In this document: in pieces, positions 17,240 through 25,695 of the stretch
Position numbering within the stretch: the first letter of the stretch is position 1
How the letters are laid out: the number at the start of each line of letters is the position of its first letter
Assembly (NCBI GenBank): GCA_016185545.1
Contig: JACPNJ010000006.1
Coordinates: forward strand, 1 to 61,014
Source: Candidatus Yanofskybacteria bacterium
GTDB lineage: Bacteria > Patescibacteriota > Minisyncoccia > 2-02-FULL-40-12 > IGHO2-01-FULL-4-A
Direction: 5' to 3'
DNA length: 61,014 nt
Notes under the pieces: generated by a model
The model's database searches: none
What the model saw: the letters and a program-made list of their open reading frames with translations, nothing else
Told to the model about the DNA's origin: nothing
Made by a program: the position numbers and the translations under genes

Positions 17240-17270
17240 CCTGAAACCTGATCCCTGAAACCTGTAACCT
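17239..17270. repeat. Heptamer array, right arm (inverse units) of cassette 1
   Basis: Sequence acctgaa acctgat ccctgaa acctgta acct, starting in the stop codon of the four-helix-bundle gene. Confidence 0.85.
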
Positions 17271-17302
17271 TCTGCTAGCGGGAGGCTAGCGGCATACAAA
17301 AC

Positions 17303-18289
17303 ATGAACATGAAATTAAAAATAATCCTGGGAGCATTGCTACTTATCGCCGGCTTTCTTGTTGTCCGGCTGGGTTTGTTTTTTAAACATAGCGTCCAAAC
17401 GGCGACAACGGCAAACATTGGGAATCAAATCGCCGGGGTGAATGAAACAAACTGGTCTGCCGTGGATACCGACAGTGACGGCATCCCGGATGCAAACGAA
17501 GCCTACTACCGGACCGACCCCTTTAATTCCGATACGGACAGCGACGGCTATCTGGATGGCGAAGAAATAATTTCCGGTTTTAATCCCACAAGAAAAGAAA
17601 ACCCAACCGAACGCAATAAACAAACCGGAAATTTAACCAATTCCTTGGTCCAACACATAGCAACTGGCATTTATACCGGTGATTTAAGCCCAAAAATTGG
17701 TGAAAGCCAATACGAAAAAAACCTAAATCTTCTGACGCTGGGCACAATTAATGAAGCGATAGATTTGTTAAACCCACCGCTTATTTCTGATGCCAGTTTG
17801 GTTATAGTTGGCAAATCAAAACAATCACAAGAAGAATATCTGACCAATACCGCCTCATTACTGGAAGGCCCGTTTTTGAATTCGTTCATGCAGCAGGGGC
17901 AAGTTTTAAGCCAAGCGGCTAATTTTATGGTCGGATTTAAATACACCGAGGCCACTGAAATTTTCAAAAACTATTATTTAACCTTCACGAATGCCCACAA
18001 CCAGCTACTGACCGTTTCGGTGCCGGAAAATTGGGTTAATTTTCATAGACACCTGCTAGCGATTTTCCAAAAAATGGCTCTGAATTACCGTTCACTCACC
18101 CAGATAGCCAATGACCCGCTTTTGGCTATAACGGCCTTGCAAAATATCCCAAACAATCTGCTAGAAATTGATTCATCTTTAATTCAAGAACTCAGAATTT
18201 TAATCCAAAAAGAAAATTTAGAAATACCCAATTCATCTCTTTTTGATGTTTTGGATCTGTTAAATACCAATAAAACCCGTGATAACTAA
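17303..18289 (+). CDS. Membrane-anchored secreted protein with thrombospondin-type-3-like Ca-binding repeats
   Basis: N-terminal transmembrane segment, plus DTDSDGIPDANE and DSDTDSDGYLDGEE motifs. Confidence 0.6.
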   Translation: MNMKLKIILGALLLIAGFLVVRLGLFFKHSVQTATTANIGNQIAGVNETNWSAVDTDSDGIPDANEAYYRTDPFNSDTDSDGYLDGEEIISGFNPTRKENPTERNKQTGNLTNSLVQHIATGIYTGDLSPKIGESQYEKNLNLLTLGTINEAIDLLNPPLISDASLVIVGKSKQSQEEYLTNTASLLEGPFLNSFMQQGQVLSQAANFMVGFKYTEATEIFKNYYLTFTNAHNQLLTVSVPENWVNFHRHLLAIFQKMALNYRSLTQIANDPLLAITALQNIPNNLLEIDSSLIQELRILIQKENLEIPNSSLFDVLDLLNTNKTRDN

Positions 18290-19388
18290 TAACTGGACAA
18301 AAGCAATCTTAAGTCTCGTCGTTATTGGCTTTTTGGTCTTGTATCCCGTTCATTCCGCCCGTTCGGTCGGGGCTATTATGTATGTCCTCAAAGAATTCGG
18401 CCTGGACCTCATAGCCAGAGTAATTGGCAGAACTTTTTTGACTAAGATGATCAATAGCACTACGGATTTTTTAAGCAAGAACGGCAGAGACGGCCTACCC
18501 AATTTCGTGCAGGATTGGCGGAGTTTTCTTCAGGAAGCACAATACAGAGGCGAAGACATAACAAGAGCGACAATCGGTGAGGCTATAAACAATAATGCGA
18601 TATGCGATTACCTTAAAAGCCCGCTTGCCAATGCTTTCGGCGCTTTCGCACAATCAGGTTTCAGCGCCACCAAACATAGGGTTGACTCACTTCAGTATTA
18701 CGCACTTCGTAACAGATGTACTCTGCCTGTAGGTTTCAATGTAAATACATTTAGAAACGACTTTTCCGTAGGCGGTGGTTGGGCAGCTTGGGATAAACTA
18801 ATCCAGCCACAGAATAATTTTTTCGGAGTTTACGCCGACTCCCTGGACGAACTGGAAAAACAAAGAAGTTTTGAAGAGAGAAGGGACCGCAGTGAAGCTG
18901 AAGCTGGTAGCGGTTTTACTTCAAAGACGGGCGGGAAAGAGGGCGGCTGTGAGATTAGATCGCCGGGAAATGTAGCCTGTTTGGTTCTCGGTCAAATACA
19001 AACACCATCCAAGATACTAGGAGAGATCGGGAGCGATTTAAACACTGGTGAATTTGACTGGCTGACTAGTTGCGATGAATTAAGCGAATGTTTGATCTCT
19101 GCCACCACTTTCGTACTTAACAGGTTGGGTAACTTTACGGGCGCAGGTTCACGTGTTAGCGAACCTCCGCCAGCGGATACATCTTTTGGTGATGCGGCAA
19201 AAGATGAAGTGTTTAATGATTGCGTCAAATCCAAAGAGGCGGGGTGCGTAGAGAAAGCCAAGAGGTTAGAGTGTACTACCTTCACCTCTCCGGATGGTAC
19301 GACAACAGAAGATTGTGTAGAGATAATAGATCAGGGAATTTTTAACGTTTGCATGGATGAAGCAAGAAGAATTTGCACGGTTCAATGA
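18279..19388 (+). CDS. Hypothetical secreted cysteine-rich protein
   Basis: N-terminal transmembrane segment or signal and many Cys in the C-terminal half. It overlaps both neighbours, suggesting an operon. Confidence 0.55.
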   Translation: MITNNWTKAILSLVVIGFLVLYPVHSARSVGAIMYVLKEFGLDLIARVIGRTFLTKMINSTTDFLSKNGRDGLPNFVQDWRSFLQEAQYRGEDITRATIGEAINNNAICDYLKSPLANAFGAFAQSGFSATKHRVDSLQYYALRNRCTLPVGFNVNTFRNDFSVGGGWAAWDKLIQPQNNFFGVYADSLDELEKQRSFEERRDRSEAEAGSGFTSKTGGKEGGCEIRSPGNVACLVLGQIQTPSKILGEIGSDLNTGEFDWLTSCDELSECLISATTFVLNRLGNFTGAGSRVSEPPPADTSFGDAAKDEVFNDCVKSKEAGCVEKAKRLECTTFTSPDGTTTEDCVEIIDQGIFNVCMDEARRICTVQ

Positions 19389-21661
19389 GCAAAAAAGGTA
19401 ATAAATTTGGTGTGCTATTAGCCGTAATTATTTTACTGGCCGTTTTTGTTCCGCAATATCAGGCAAGAGCTGATTTGTTTGATATAGGTAGTATTGCCAG
19501 TGGGGCAGTGGCGAAAGTGGTGGGTTATATAAATACCCTTTTACTTGGCTTTCTAGGAGAAGTTATATCATATTTTGCACAGCTTATTGAAGAGTTTATC
19601 ACGCTTCAAACCAACGGCGGCATTTATAATGTTGCCATAGTCGATGGGAGTTGGACCATTATTAGGAACTTCGTAAACTTATTTTTTATTTTAGCTCTAA
19701 TAGTAATGGCATTCGGCACAATATTTAATATTCAAAGATATACTTGGAAAAATATGCTGGCCCCTTTTTTAATAGCCGCTCTTCTCATAAATTTCAGTCT
19801 GACCATAGGGCAATACATCATTACGGTCGCCAACGGTTTGGCTACTGTTTTTTTAAGAGAAATGCAAGACCCGCAGGTGGGAGGTATAGCAGCAAATTTT
19901 CAGAATGGATTTAGTAGCGCAAAAATAATAACAAGCGGTACAACAAGTATTAGCGCTTTACAAGCAATGGGCGATGCCGCCGCGGGTATCGGCAGTGTTG
20001 TTCTTACCCTGATTTTTTCTGTTATATTTTTAGCGGCTATAGCATTGGCATTTATCGCAACGGCTATTTTTTCAATCGTGAGATTATTTATGCTTTGGTT
20101 TCTTTTAATCATTTCCCCGATTGCCTGGTTTGGTTATACGATGCCTAATTTGAGAAGTGGGACATGGAGCGCCTGGTGGAAGCAATTCTTATGCTGGTGT
20201 TTTTTCTTGCCATATTTTCTATTTTTTATGATGTTCGCGGTTAGTTTCATTAAAAACAAAGGTTTAATATCCCTACCCTCGACTCTCGGACGCATATCGG
20301 TGGCTGGTATGACTGGAAATGATTTTGTATTTTATTTATTGAGTTTAATATTCCTCTTCGGCGGAATGGCGATTGCACATAAACTTGCTTGCGCGAGCGG
20401 CACGGGGGTAAAAGCGGTATTCGGCAAGATTGAAACCGGGGTGCGCAAATACGCCCCCGGAGCGGCTTATGTCAGGGCCACATATACTGGCGCGAAAGAA
20501 GGATTGGCGGCTAAAGGCGCGGAAATAAAGGAAAGGGGGATGCCAATCGGTTTTGGCCGCCGGGTTGGCGGAGAACAGGCTGAACGTTTACGAACCGCCC
20601 GGGTAGCTGAAGCATTCGGTATGGGCGCGAAAGTCGGAGAAGCCGGGAGAGTGCAGATGGCCGAAATTGAAAAAGAGGCCAAGAGAGTTCGTGAACAGTT
20701 ACTAAGAACGCCAGCTGATCAGCAAAAATCCTTTTTGGAATCATCGCGTTCCCAAAAAGGAGTAATCGGTCAAGCAGCAGCCCTTGAGTACGTTAAGCAA
20801 GGATATTCAACACTAGCTGATTATCAGGAAGCTGTTAAAAAATTTGGCGACGAAAACAGCGCCTTCATGCGCCAATACTTGGAAAACCTCAAACAAGCCA
20901 AGCTTAGTGATCTGTTTAAGAGTCCGGACGCGGAATTGCGTATCGCCAGAGGCGAGGCAGAAGAAACTGTGGGTTTGGTCAATCTTCGCCGCGAACTTTA
21001 TAAAGACCTCGCTAAGAGAAATCGAATTAATAATACGGCCGATTATAATCAAGCAAAGGAGATTTTGTCGCCAATCCCAGCCGAGTTAAGGTCTTTCTTG
21101 GATTCAGTCAAAGCAGAAGCGATATTTACTACAAGAGAACAAAGACAGGATGCGCTTTTGGATTCCACTAATAAGATCGGGGATGCCGATTTGGAAAAGA
21201 AATTGGTTGAATTTATGAAAGAAAAGAAGGAAATAACCGACTTCAGGAAAAAGGACACCAAAGAGCTCGTAGCGGCTGGCTGGCAATTACGCGAAAAGGC
21301 GTTGGAAATTTTGGGCGGCAAGGAAACATTTGACGGCAAAGGCTTAATTAAAGAAATAAATAATTATAATCCGATTATTAACATTGAGGCCGAGATGAGA
21401 ACGGCGCCAGGAGCTAAGCCATTCCTGGACAATGAAGAACTAATAAGCAAGCTACAGGAAGAACTCAAGGGCAAGTCTTACGCCGACATAAGAAAGATGT
21501 CCGGTAAATTCTTTGAGGACCCGGCGGCCCAAGAGGCAATAAAGAGAATGTACGACCCGAAAGAAATAGCGGACTTAATTAAGAATTCATCGCAAGAAAT
21601 GAGAAGAGCGCTAAAAGATTTTGCCATATCGGAAGAAAAAACTAAAAGAAGTCGCACGTAA
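19373..21661 (+). CDS. Polytopic membrane protein, VirB6/TrbL-like, with long charged C-terminal domain
   Basis: Signal-like N-terminus and about 7-8 hydrophobic segments over the first 350 aa or so. It sits upstream of the PrgI-like and VirB4-like genes. The family call is inferred from topology and context, not motifs. Confidence 0.5.
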   Translation: MHGSMSKKGNKFGVLLAVIILLAVFVPQYQARADLFDIGSIASGAVAKVVGYINTLLLGFLGEVISYFAQLIEEFITLQTNGGIYNVAIVDGSWTIIRNFVNLFFILALIVMAFGTIFNIQRYTWKNMLAPFLIAALLINFSLTIGQYIITVANGLATVFLREMQDPQVGGIAANFQNGFSSAKIITSGTTSISALQAMGDAAAGIGSVVLTLIFSVIFLAAIALAFIATAIFSIVRLFMLWFLLIISPIAWFGYTMPNLRSGTWSAWWKQFLCWCFFLPYFLFFMMFAVSFIKNKGLISLPSTLGRISVAGMTGNDFVFYLLSLIFLFGGMAIAHKLACASGTGVKAVFGKIETGVRKYAPGAAYVRATYTGAKEGLAAKGAEIKERGMPIGFGRRVGGEQAERLRTARVAEAFGMGAKVGEAGRVQMAEIEKEAKRVREQLLRTPADQQKSFLESSRSQKGVIGQAAALEYVKQGYSTLADYQEAVKKFGDENSAFMRQYLENLKQAKLSDLFKSPDAELRIARGEAEETVGLVNLRRELYKDLAKRNRINNTADYNQAKEILSPIPAELRSFLDSVKAEAIFTTREQRQDALLDSTNKIGDADLEKKLVEFMKEKKEITDFRKKDTKELVAAGWQLREKALEILGGKETFDGKGLIKEINNYNPIINIEAEMRTAPGAKPFLDNEELISKLQEELKGKSYADIRKMSGKFFEDPAAQEAIKRMYDPKEIADLIKNSSQEMRRALKDFAISEEKTKRSRT

Positions 21662-21677
21662 TTAGCATAACTACCAC

Positions 21678-22256
21678 ATGCCGCTAACTCATCAAAAATA
21701 TCTTCAATATAGCCCATTTTTTGTAGACGCTACGGAGATGTCTGATTTGGATTGGGAAAGATTAAATACGAAAATAGACAAAATACCACAAACTTTAGCT
21801 GACTTTTTGGTTGATATTAAGGTTTCCGAGTTCATAGACGCCTTAGCCCAAAAATATATCCAACTCTCGGTGCAGGGACCGGATATGGCTAGGTTGATTA
21901 GGGATGTGGTGATCAGGGATATTTTTATCGGCGACATACCAAAGGAAATTTCAGATCGGCTGGGAGTTGACCAAACCCTCGCCCGCGAGATTGCAAATTT
22001 AATCATCTCCCAGCTTTTTACGCCGATTATTGAAGATATAAAGAAAGTACAGAACGAAAGGTATCCGGGTAGATTGCCCGCCCAATCACAGGTTTCAGGT
22101 GTCAGGGTTCAGGGTTCGGGGCAAAGCGGGCAAGATCCCAAACCAGTAGCGCCACCCTCCTACGCCAAGGCTTCGGAGGGCACAGCAAAGCATTATCAGG
22201 GCGAAGAGTTACCAGAATCAGGCGGTAATATTATTGACTTGCGAAGCAAGTCATAG
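21678..22256 (+). CDS. Hypothetical protein with heptamer-array and GC-hairpin segments near its C-terminus
   Basis: 192-aa ORF. Its C-terminal third is low complexity (QVSGVRVQGSG.., PPSYAKASEG) and is encoded by repeats. Confidence 0.5.
   Translation: MPLTHQKYLQYSPFFVDATEMSDLDWERLNTKIDKIPQTLADFLVDIKVSEFIDALAQKYIQLSVQGPDMARLIRDVVIRDIFIGDIPKEISDRLGVDQTLAREIANLIISQLFTPIIEDIKKVQNERYPGRLPAQSQVSGVRVQGSGQSGQDPKPVAPPSYAKASEGTAKHYQGEELPESGGNIIDLRSKS
22090..22121. repeat. Heptamer array (single arm) inside ORF 21678-22256
   Basis: Sequence aggtttc aggtgtc agggttc agggttc gggg. Confidence 0.8.
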
Positions 22257-22292
22257 GTTATAGGTTATAGCTGATAGCTGATAGGTGATAGC
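22255..22292. repeat. Heptamer array, left arm of the cassette enclosing four-helix-bundle gene 2 (AGGTTAT/AGCTGAT flavour)
   Basis: Sequence aggttat aggttat agctgat agctgat aggtgat agc. It begins within the TAG stop of the upstream ORF. Confidence 0.85.
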
Positions 22293-22339
22293 TTTAAAAA
22301 TGAGTTCTAGAAATAAGGAGGCTAGGACGCAAATAAAAA

Positions 22340-22705
22340 GTGGATAAAATTCATTCGTACAGAGATTTAGTGGTATGGCAAAGGTCCATTGAGCTAGTTA
22401 TAGAAATATACACGCTAACTGATAGGTTTCCGAAAGAAGAAATTTACGGACTAATTTCGCAATTAAGGAGAGCTGCCGTTTCAATCCCTTCTAATATCGC
22501 CGAAGGCAGGTATCGTGGGACAAGAAAAGATTTTAGGCAATTTCTTCTTAATGCTTACGGCTCTGGCGCTGAAGTTGAAACACAATTGGTTATTGCAAAT
22601 AAATTGCCGAAAACAAAAAATTTAAATTATGTCAGAGCAAATAAAATTCTAGATGAAGTAATGCTAATGTTAAATTCACTAATCAAAAAATTGGAAACTT
22701 CTTAA
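22340..22705 (+). CDS. Four-helix-bundle protein (23S rRNA intervening-sequence protein family), second copy (GTG start)
   Basis: YRDLVVWQRSIEL..IY..FPKEEIYGLISQLRRAAVSIPSNIAEG..FL..AYGSGAEVETQL. By eye it is roughly half identical to copy 1. Confidence 0.85.
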   Translation: MDKIHSYRDLVVWQRSIELVIEIYTLTDRFPKEEIYGLISQLRRAAVSIPSNIAEGRYRGTRKDFRQFLLNAYGSGAEVETQLVIANKLPKTKNLNYVRANKILDEVMLMLNSLIKKLETS

Positions 22706-22736
22706 CTATAACCTATGACCTATAAGCTATCACCTG
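22706..22736. repeat. Heptamer array, right arm of cassette 2
   Basis: Sequence ctataac ctatgac ctataag ctatcac ctg. It starts 1 nt after the stop and ends 4 nt before the next ATG. Confidence 0.85.
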
Positions 22737-22740
22737 CACC

Positions 22741-23046
22741 ATGAGATTCCAAGTCCCCCAATTCATAGAAACGGAAACCAAAATCGTCGGGCCATTCACG
22801 TTCAAGCAATTTTTGTTTCTGGCCGTTGGGGCGGTAATAATTTTTATCCTGCAATATGTAATCACCAGTTTTACTTTTTTAATAATTGTGGCTCTGCCGA
22901 TTGCTGCCTTATCCATTGCGCTTGCGTTTTACCGGATAGATGGCATACCCTTGCCGCAATACTTATTGATGGCATTATCATATGCGACGGGGGCGAAAAG
23001 ATACCAATTCACTAAAGAAAATAAGCAAAATTATTTGCAAAAATAG
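22741..23046 (+). CDS. PrgI-family (VirB3-like) small membrane protein
   Basis: N-terminus MRFQVPQFIETETKIVGPFTFKQFLFL followed by two transmembrane segments. It lies just upstream of VirB4-like genes. Confidence 0.7.
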   Translation: MRFQVPQFIETETKIVGPFTFKQFLFLAVGAVIIFILQYVITSFTFLIIVALPIAALSIALAFYRIDGIPLPQYLLMALSYATGAKRYQFTKENKQNYLQK

Positions 23047-23114
23047 GTTTCAGGTTACAGGTTTCAGGTTACAGAAAATTAAACCTGACACCTGACACCT
23101 GACACCTGACACCT
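23045..23114. repeat. Heptamer-periodic inverted array (stop-to-start)
   Basis: Sequence aggtttc aggttac aggtttc aggttac ag, loop aaaattaa, then (acctgac)x4 acct. It overlaps the TAG stop at 23044-23046 and ends at the TTG start at 23114. Confidence 0.9.
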
Positions 23115-23755
23115 TGCCCACACCGCCCAAAAACCAGTCCACCAAAGATTTCGTAGAAATCGCGGACATCCGCGAGAGTGTTGCGGTCTTAAAAGATGGG
23201 TCTTTGCGTTCTGTTATTGAAGTTGGTTCAATGAATTTTGAGCTTAAGTCAGCCGATGAACAAATGGCAATAATAAGCGCTTTCCAGAATTTCCTGAATT
23301 CCATTGATTTTCCGCTTCAAATCGCCGTTAATTCGCGTAAATTAGAAATCGGACCATATATGAAGTCGCTTAATGAACTGACCCAGAGCATTTCCAATGA
23401 ACTTATGAAAATCCAGGCCATTGAATACACGCGTTTCATCAAAGGACTAACGGAACTTGCCAATATAATGTCAAAAAAGTTTTATATTGTCGTTCCGCTG
23501 TATATTGTGGAAACGATCGGCAAGGGAGAACAGGGAACTGGAATTTTAGGCGCTTTCAGAAGCGTGGTTAGCCCTTCCAAATTCACTAAAACCCTCACTG
23601 ATCAAGAATTTGAAAATTATAAAACACAACTTAGTCAAAAAAACCAGTTTGTCATGGACAGCATCAGCGGATTAGGCATTGAAACGCGGATATTGGGAAA
23701 AGAGGAGCTAATGAATCTTTATTATTCTTATTACAATCCGGGACATCAATTATAA
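23114..23755 (+). CDS. VirB4/TraE-like protein, N-terminal domain fragment (TTG start)
   Basis: DFVEIADIRESVAVLKDGSLRSVIEVGSMNFELKSADEQMAIISAFQNFLNS resembles the N-terminal region of Gram-positive VirB4-type ATPases. It is in the same reading frame as 23894-25618. Confidence 0.6.
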   Translation: MPTPPKNQSTKDFVEIADIRESVAVLKDGSLRSVIEVGSMNFELKSADEQMAIISAFQNFLNSIDFPLQIAVNSRKLEIGPYMKSLNELTQSISNELMKIQAIEYTRFIKGLTELANIMSKKFYIVVPLYIVETIGKGEQGTGILGAFRSVVSPSKFTKTLTDQEFENYKTQLSQKNQFVMDSISGLGIETRILGKEELMNLYYSYYNPGHQL

Positions 23756-23760
23756 AAAGA

Positions 23761-23830
23761 AGGTGTCAGGTGCCAGGTTTCAGGTTACAGAAAATCACAC
23801 CTGACACCTGACACCTGACACCTGACACCT
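23761..23830. repeat. Heptamer-periodic inverted array between the two VirB4 parts
   Basis: Sequence aggtgtc aggtgcc aggtttc aggttac ag, loop aaaatcac, then (acctgac)x4 acct. Confidence 0.9.
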
Positions 23831-23893
23831 AAAATTTCATTATTCGCTAAAAAACCACAACCAATCGCTTCGCCCACAGAACCGCCTGTAAAA

Positions 23894-25618
23894 ATGTTGG
23901 ACGATATCTTGGCTCCTTCGGCGATTGATATTTCTTCCAACTATCTGCAAATAGGCGATACTTACGCCCGCACTTTTTTCTTAGCAACTTATCCGAGATA
24001 TCTAAATACCAACTGGTTTTCTCCGATTGTTAATATGGATCGGCCTTTTGACGTGTCTATTTTTGCGCATCCGGAAAATACTGCCCAAATGCTCAAGCAG
24101 CTACGCGATCGGCTTGGCCGGCTTCAGGCTCAGGAAATGGAGGAACAAGCGGCCGGTAAAGTAAGAGATCCGGTGTTGGAAACGGCTATCGGCGACATTG
24201 AGGCGCTTAGGGATAAACTACAGCAAGGAACAGAAAGATTTTTTAGATTGGGAGTTTATATAACGATATACGGCGGTTCGCTAAAAGAACTTGATGATAC
24301 GGAAAATAAAATCAAGTCAATTCTTGACGGTCAGCTGGTTTATTCAAAACTAGCAACTTTCAGAATGAAAGAAGGATTTTTCTCAACCCTGCCGCTTGCC
24401 GACGACCAGCTTCAGGTCCATAATTCATTGAATACCGAACCGATTTCCTCGCTTTTTCCTTTCGTGTCTTATGACCTGACCACAGAGAAGGGAATACTTT
24501 ACGGAATAAATACTCACAATAATTCTCTGGTTTTATTTGACAGGTTTAGTATGGAAAATGCGAATATGGTGATTTTCGGAAAGAGCGGCGGCGGTAAATC
24601 ATATGCCGTTAAATTGGAAATTCTCAGAAGTTTGATGTTTGGCACGCAGGTTTTTGTGATTGACCCTGAAAACGAATATAAATTCCTATCTGACACTGTA
24701 GGCGGCACTTCCATTAAAATATCCATCACCTCACCGCACCATATCAATCCGTTTGATCTGCCCAAGCCGTTACCCGATGAAAGTCCGGCTGACGTTTTAC
24801 GTTCTCATATTATTAATCTAATGGGTCTTTTTAAGCTCATGCTGGGAACGCTTACGGCGGAAGAAGAGGCGATTTTGGACGAAACCATAAATCAAACCTA
24901 TGCCATTAAGGACATAACGCCCCAAACGGCCGATTTGAAAAACGCCGTGCCACCGTTGATGTCGGATTTTCAAAATGTTTTAGAGGGCATGGCCGGCACG
25001 GAATCTTTGGTCATCAGGATTAAAAAGTATACTGAAGGTACATTTGCCGGTTTTTTGAATAATCCGACCAACGTTGAGTTAAATAATCAGCTGATAGTTT
25101 TCGGCATTCGCGACATGGAAGAAGAACTGCGCCCGATTGCCATGTATTTGGTGCTCAATTTTATTTGGACGCAAGTCAGAACAGAGTTGAAAAAACGTAT
25201 TTTAGCCGTGGATGAGGCGTGGGTATTGATGAAATACGAATCCGGAGCGGCATTTTTGTTCAATATAGCCAAGCGTGCACGCAAATACTATTTGGGTTTA
25301 ACAACAATTTCCCAAGATATTCCGGATTTCATGGCTTCGCCGTACGGCAAACCGATTGTTACCAATTCATCCCTGCAGTTGCTATTAAAACAATCGCCGG
25401 CATCAATCGACTTGGTTAAACAAACATTCAACCTGACAGATGCGGAAAAATTTTATCTTCTGGAATCGCGTGTGGGTCACGGTTTGTTTTTCGCCGGCAT
25501 CAATCATGTGGCCTTGCGGGTGATAGCATCATACGCTGAAGATCAGATTATTACCTCTGACCCAAGACAGATATTGGAAATAGAGGAAGCTAAAAAAGAA
25601 CTAGCAAAGCAAAGTTAG
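23894..25618 (+). CDS. VirB4-like type IV secretion ATPase, C-terminal (NTPase) part
   Basis: Walker A FGKSGGGKSY and Walker B ILAVDEAW, followed by TTISQD. The upstream region (NTNWFSPI.., FDVSIF) is typical of VirB4 middle domains. Confidence 0.8.
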   Translation: MLDDILAPSAIDISSNYLQIGDTYARTFFLATYPRYLNTNWFSPIVNMDRPFDVSIFAHPENTAQMLKQLRDRLGRLQAQEMEEQAAGKVRDPVLETAIGDIEALRDKLQQGTERFFRLGVYITIYGGSLKELDDTENKIKSILDGQLVYSKLATFRMKEGFFSTLPLADDQLQVHNSLNTEPISSLFPFVSYDLTTEKGILYGINTHNNSLVLFDRFSMENANMVIFGKSGGGKSYAVKLEILRSLMFGTQVFVIDPENEYKFLSDTVGGTSIKISITSPHHINPFDLPKPLPDESPADVLRSHIINLMGLFKLMLGTLTAEEEAILDETINQTYAIKDITPQTADLKNAVPPLMSDFQNVLEGMAGTESLVIRIKKYTEGTFAGFLNNPTNVELNNQLIVFGIRDMEEELRPIAMYLVLNFIWTQVRTELKKRILAVDEAWVLMKYESGAAFLFNIAKRARKYYLGLTTISQDIPDFMASPYGKPIVTNSSLQLLLKQSPASIDLVKQTFNLTDAEKFYLLESRVGHGLFFAGINHVALRVIASYAEDQIITSDPRQILEIEEAKKELAKQS

Positions 25619-25695
25619 GTTTCGGGTGTCAGGTTTCAGGGACCAGGTTAAAGAAAAATTTTCCCTGTAACCTGTAACCTGTAACCTGTAACCTG
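25617..25695. repeat. Heptamer-periodic inverted array (stop-to-start)
   Basis: Sequence aggtttc gggtgtc aggtttc agggacc aggttaa, loop agaaaaattttc, then (cctgtaa)x4 cctg. It overlaps the TAG at 25616-25618 and abuts the ATG at 25696. Confidence 0.9.
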
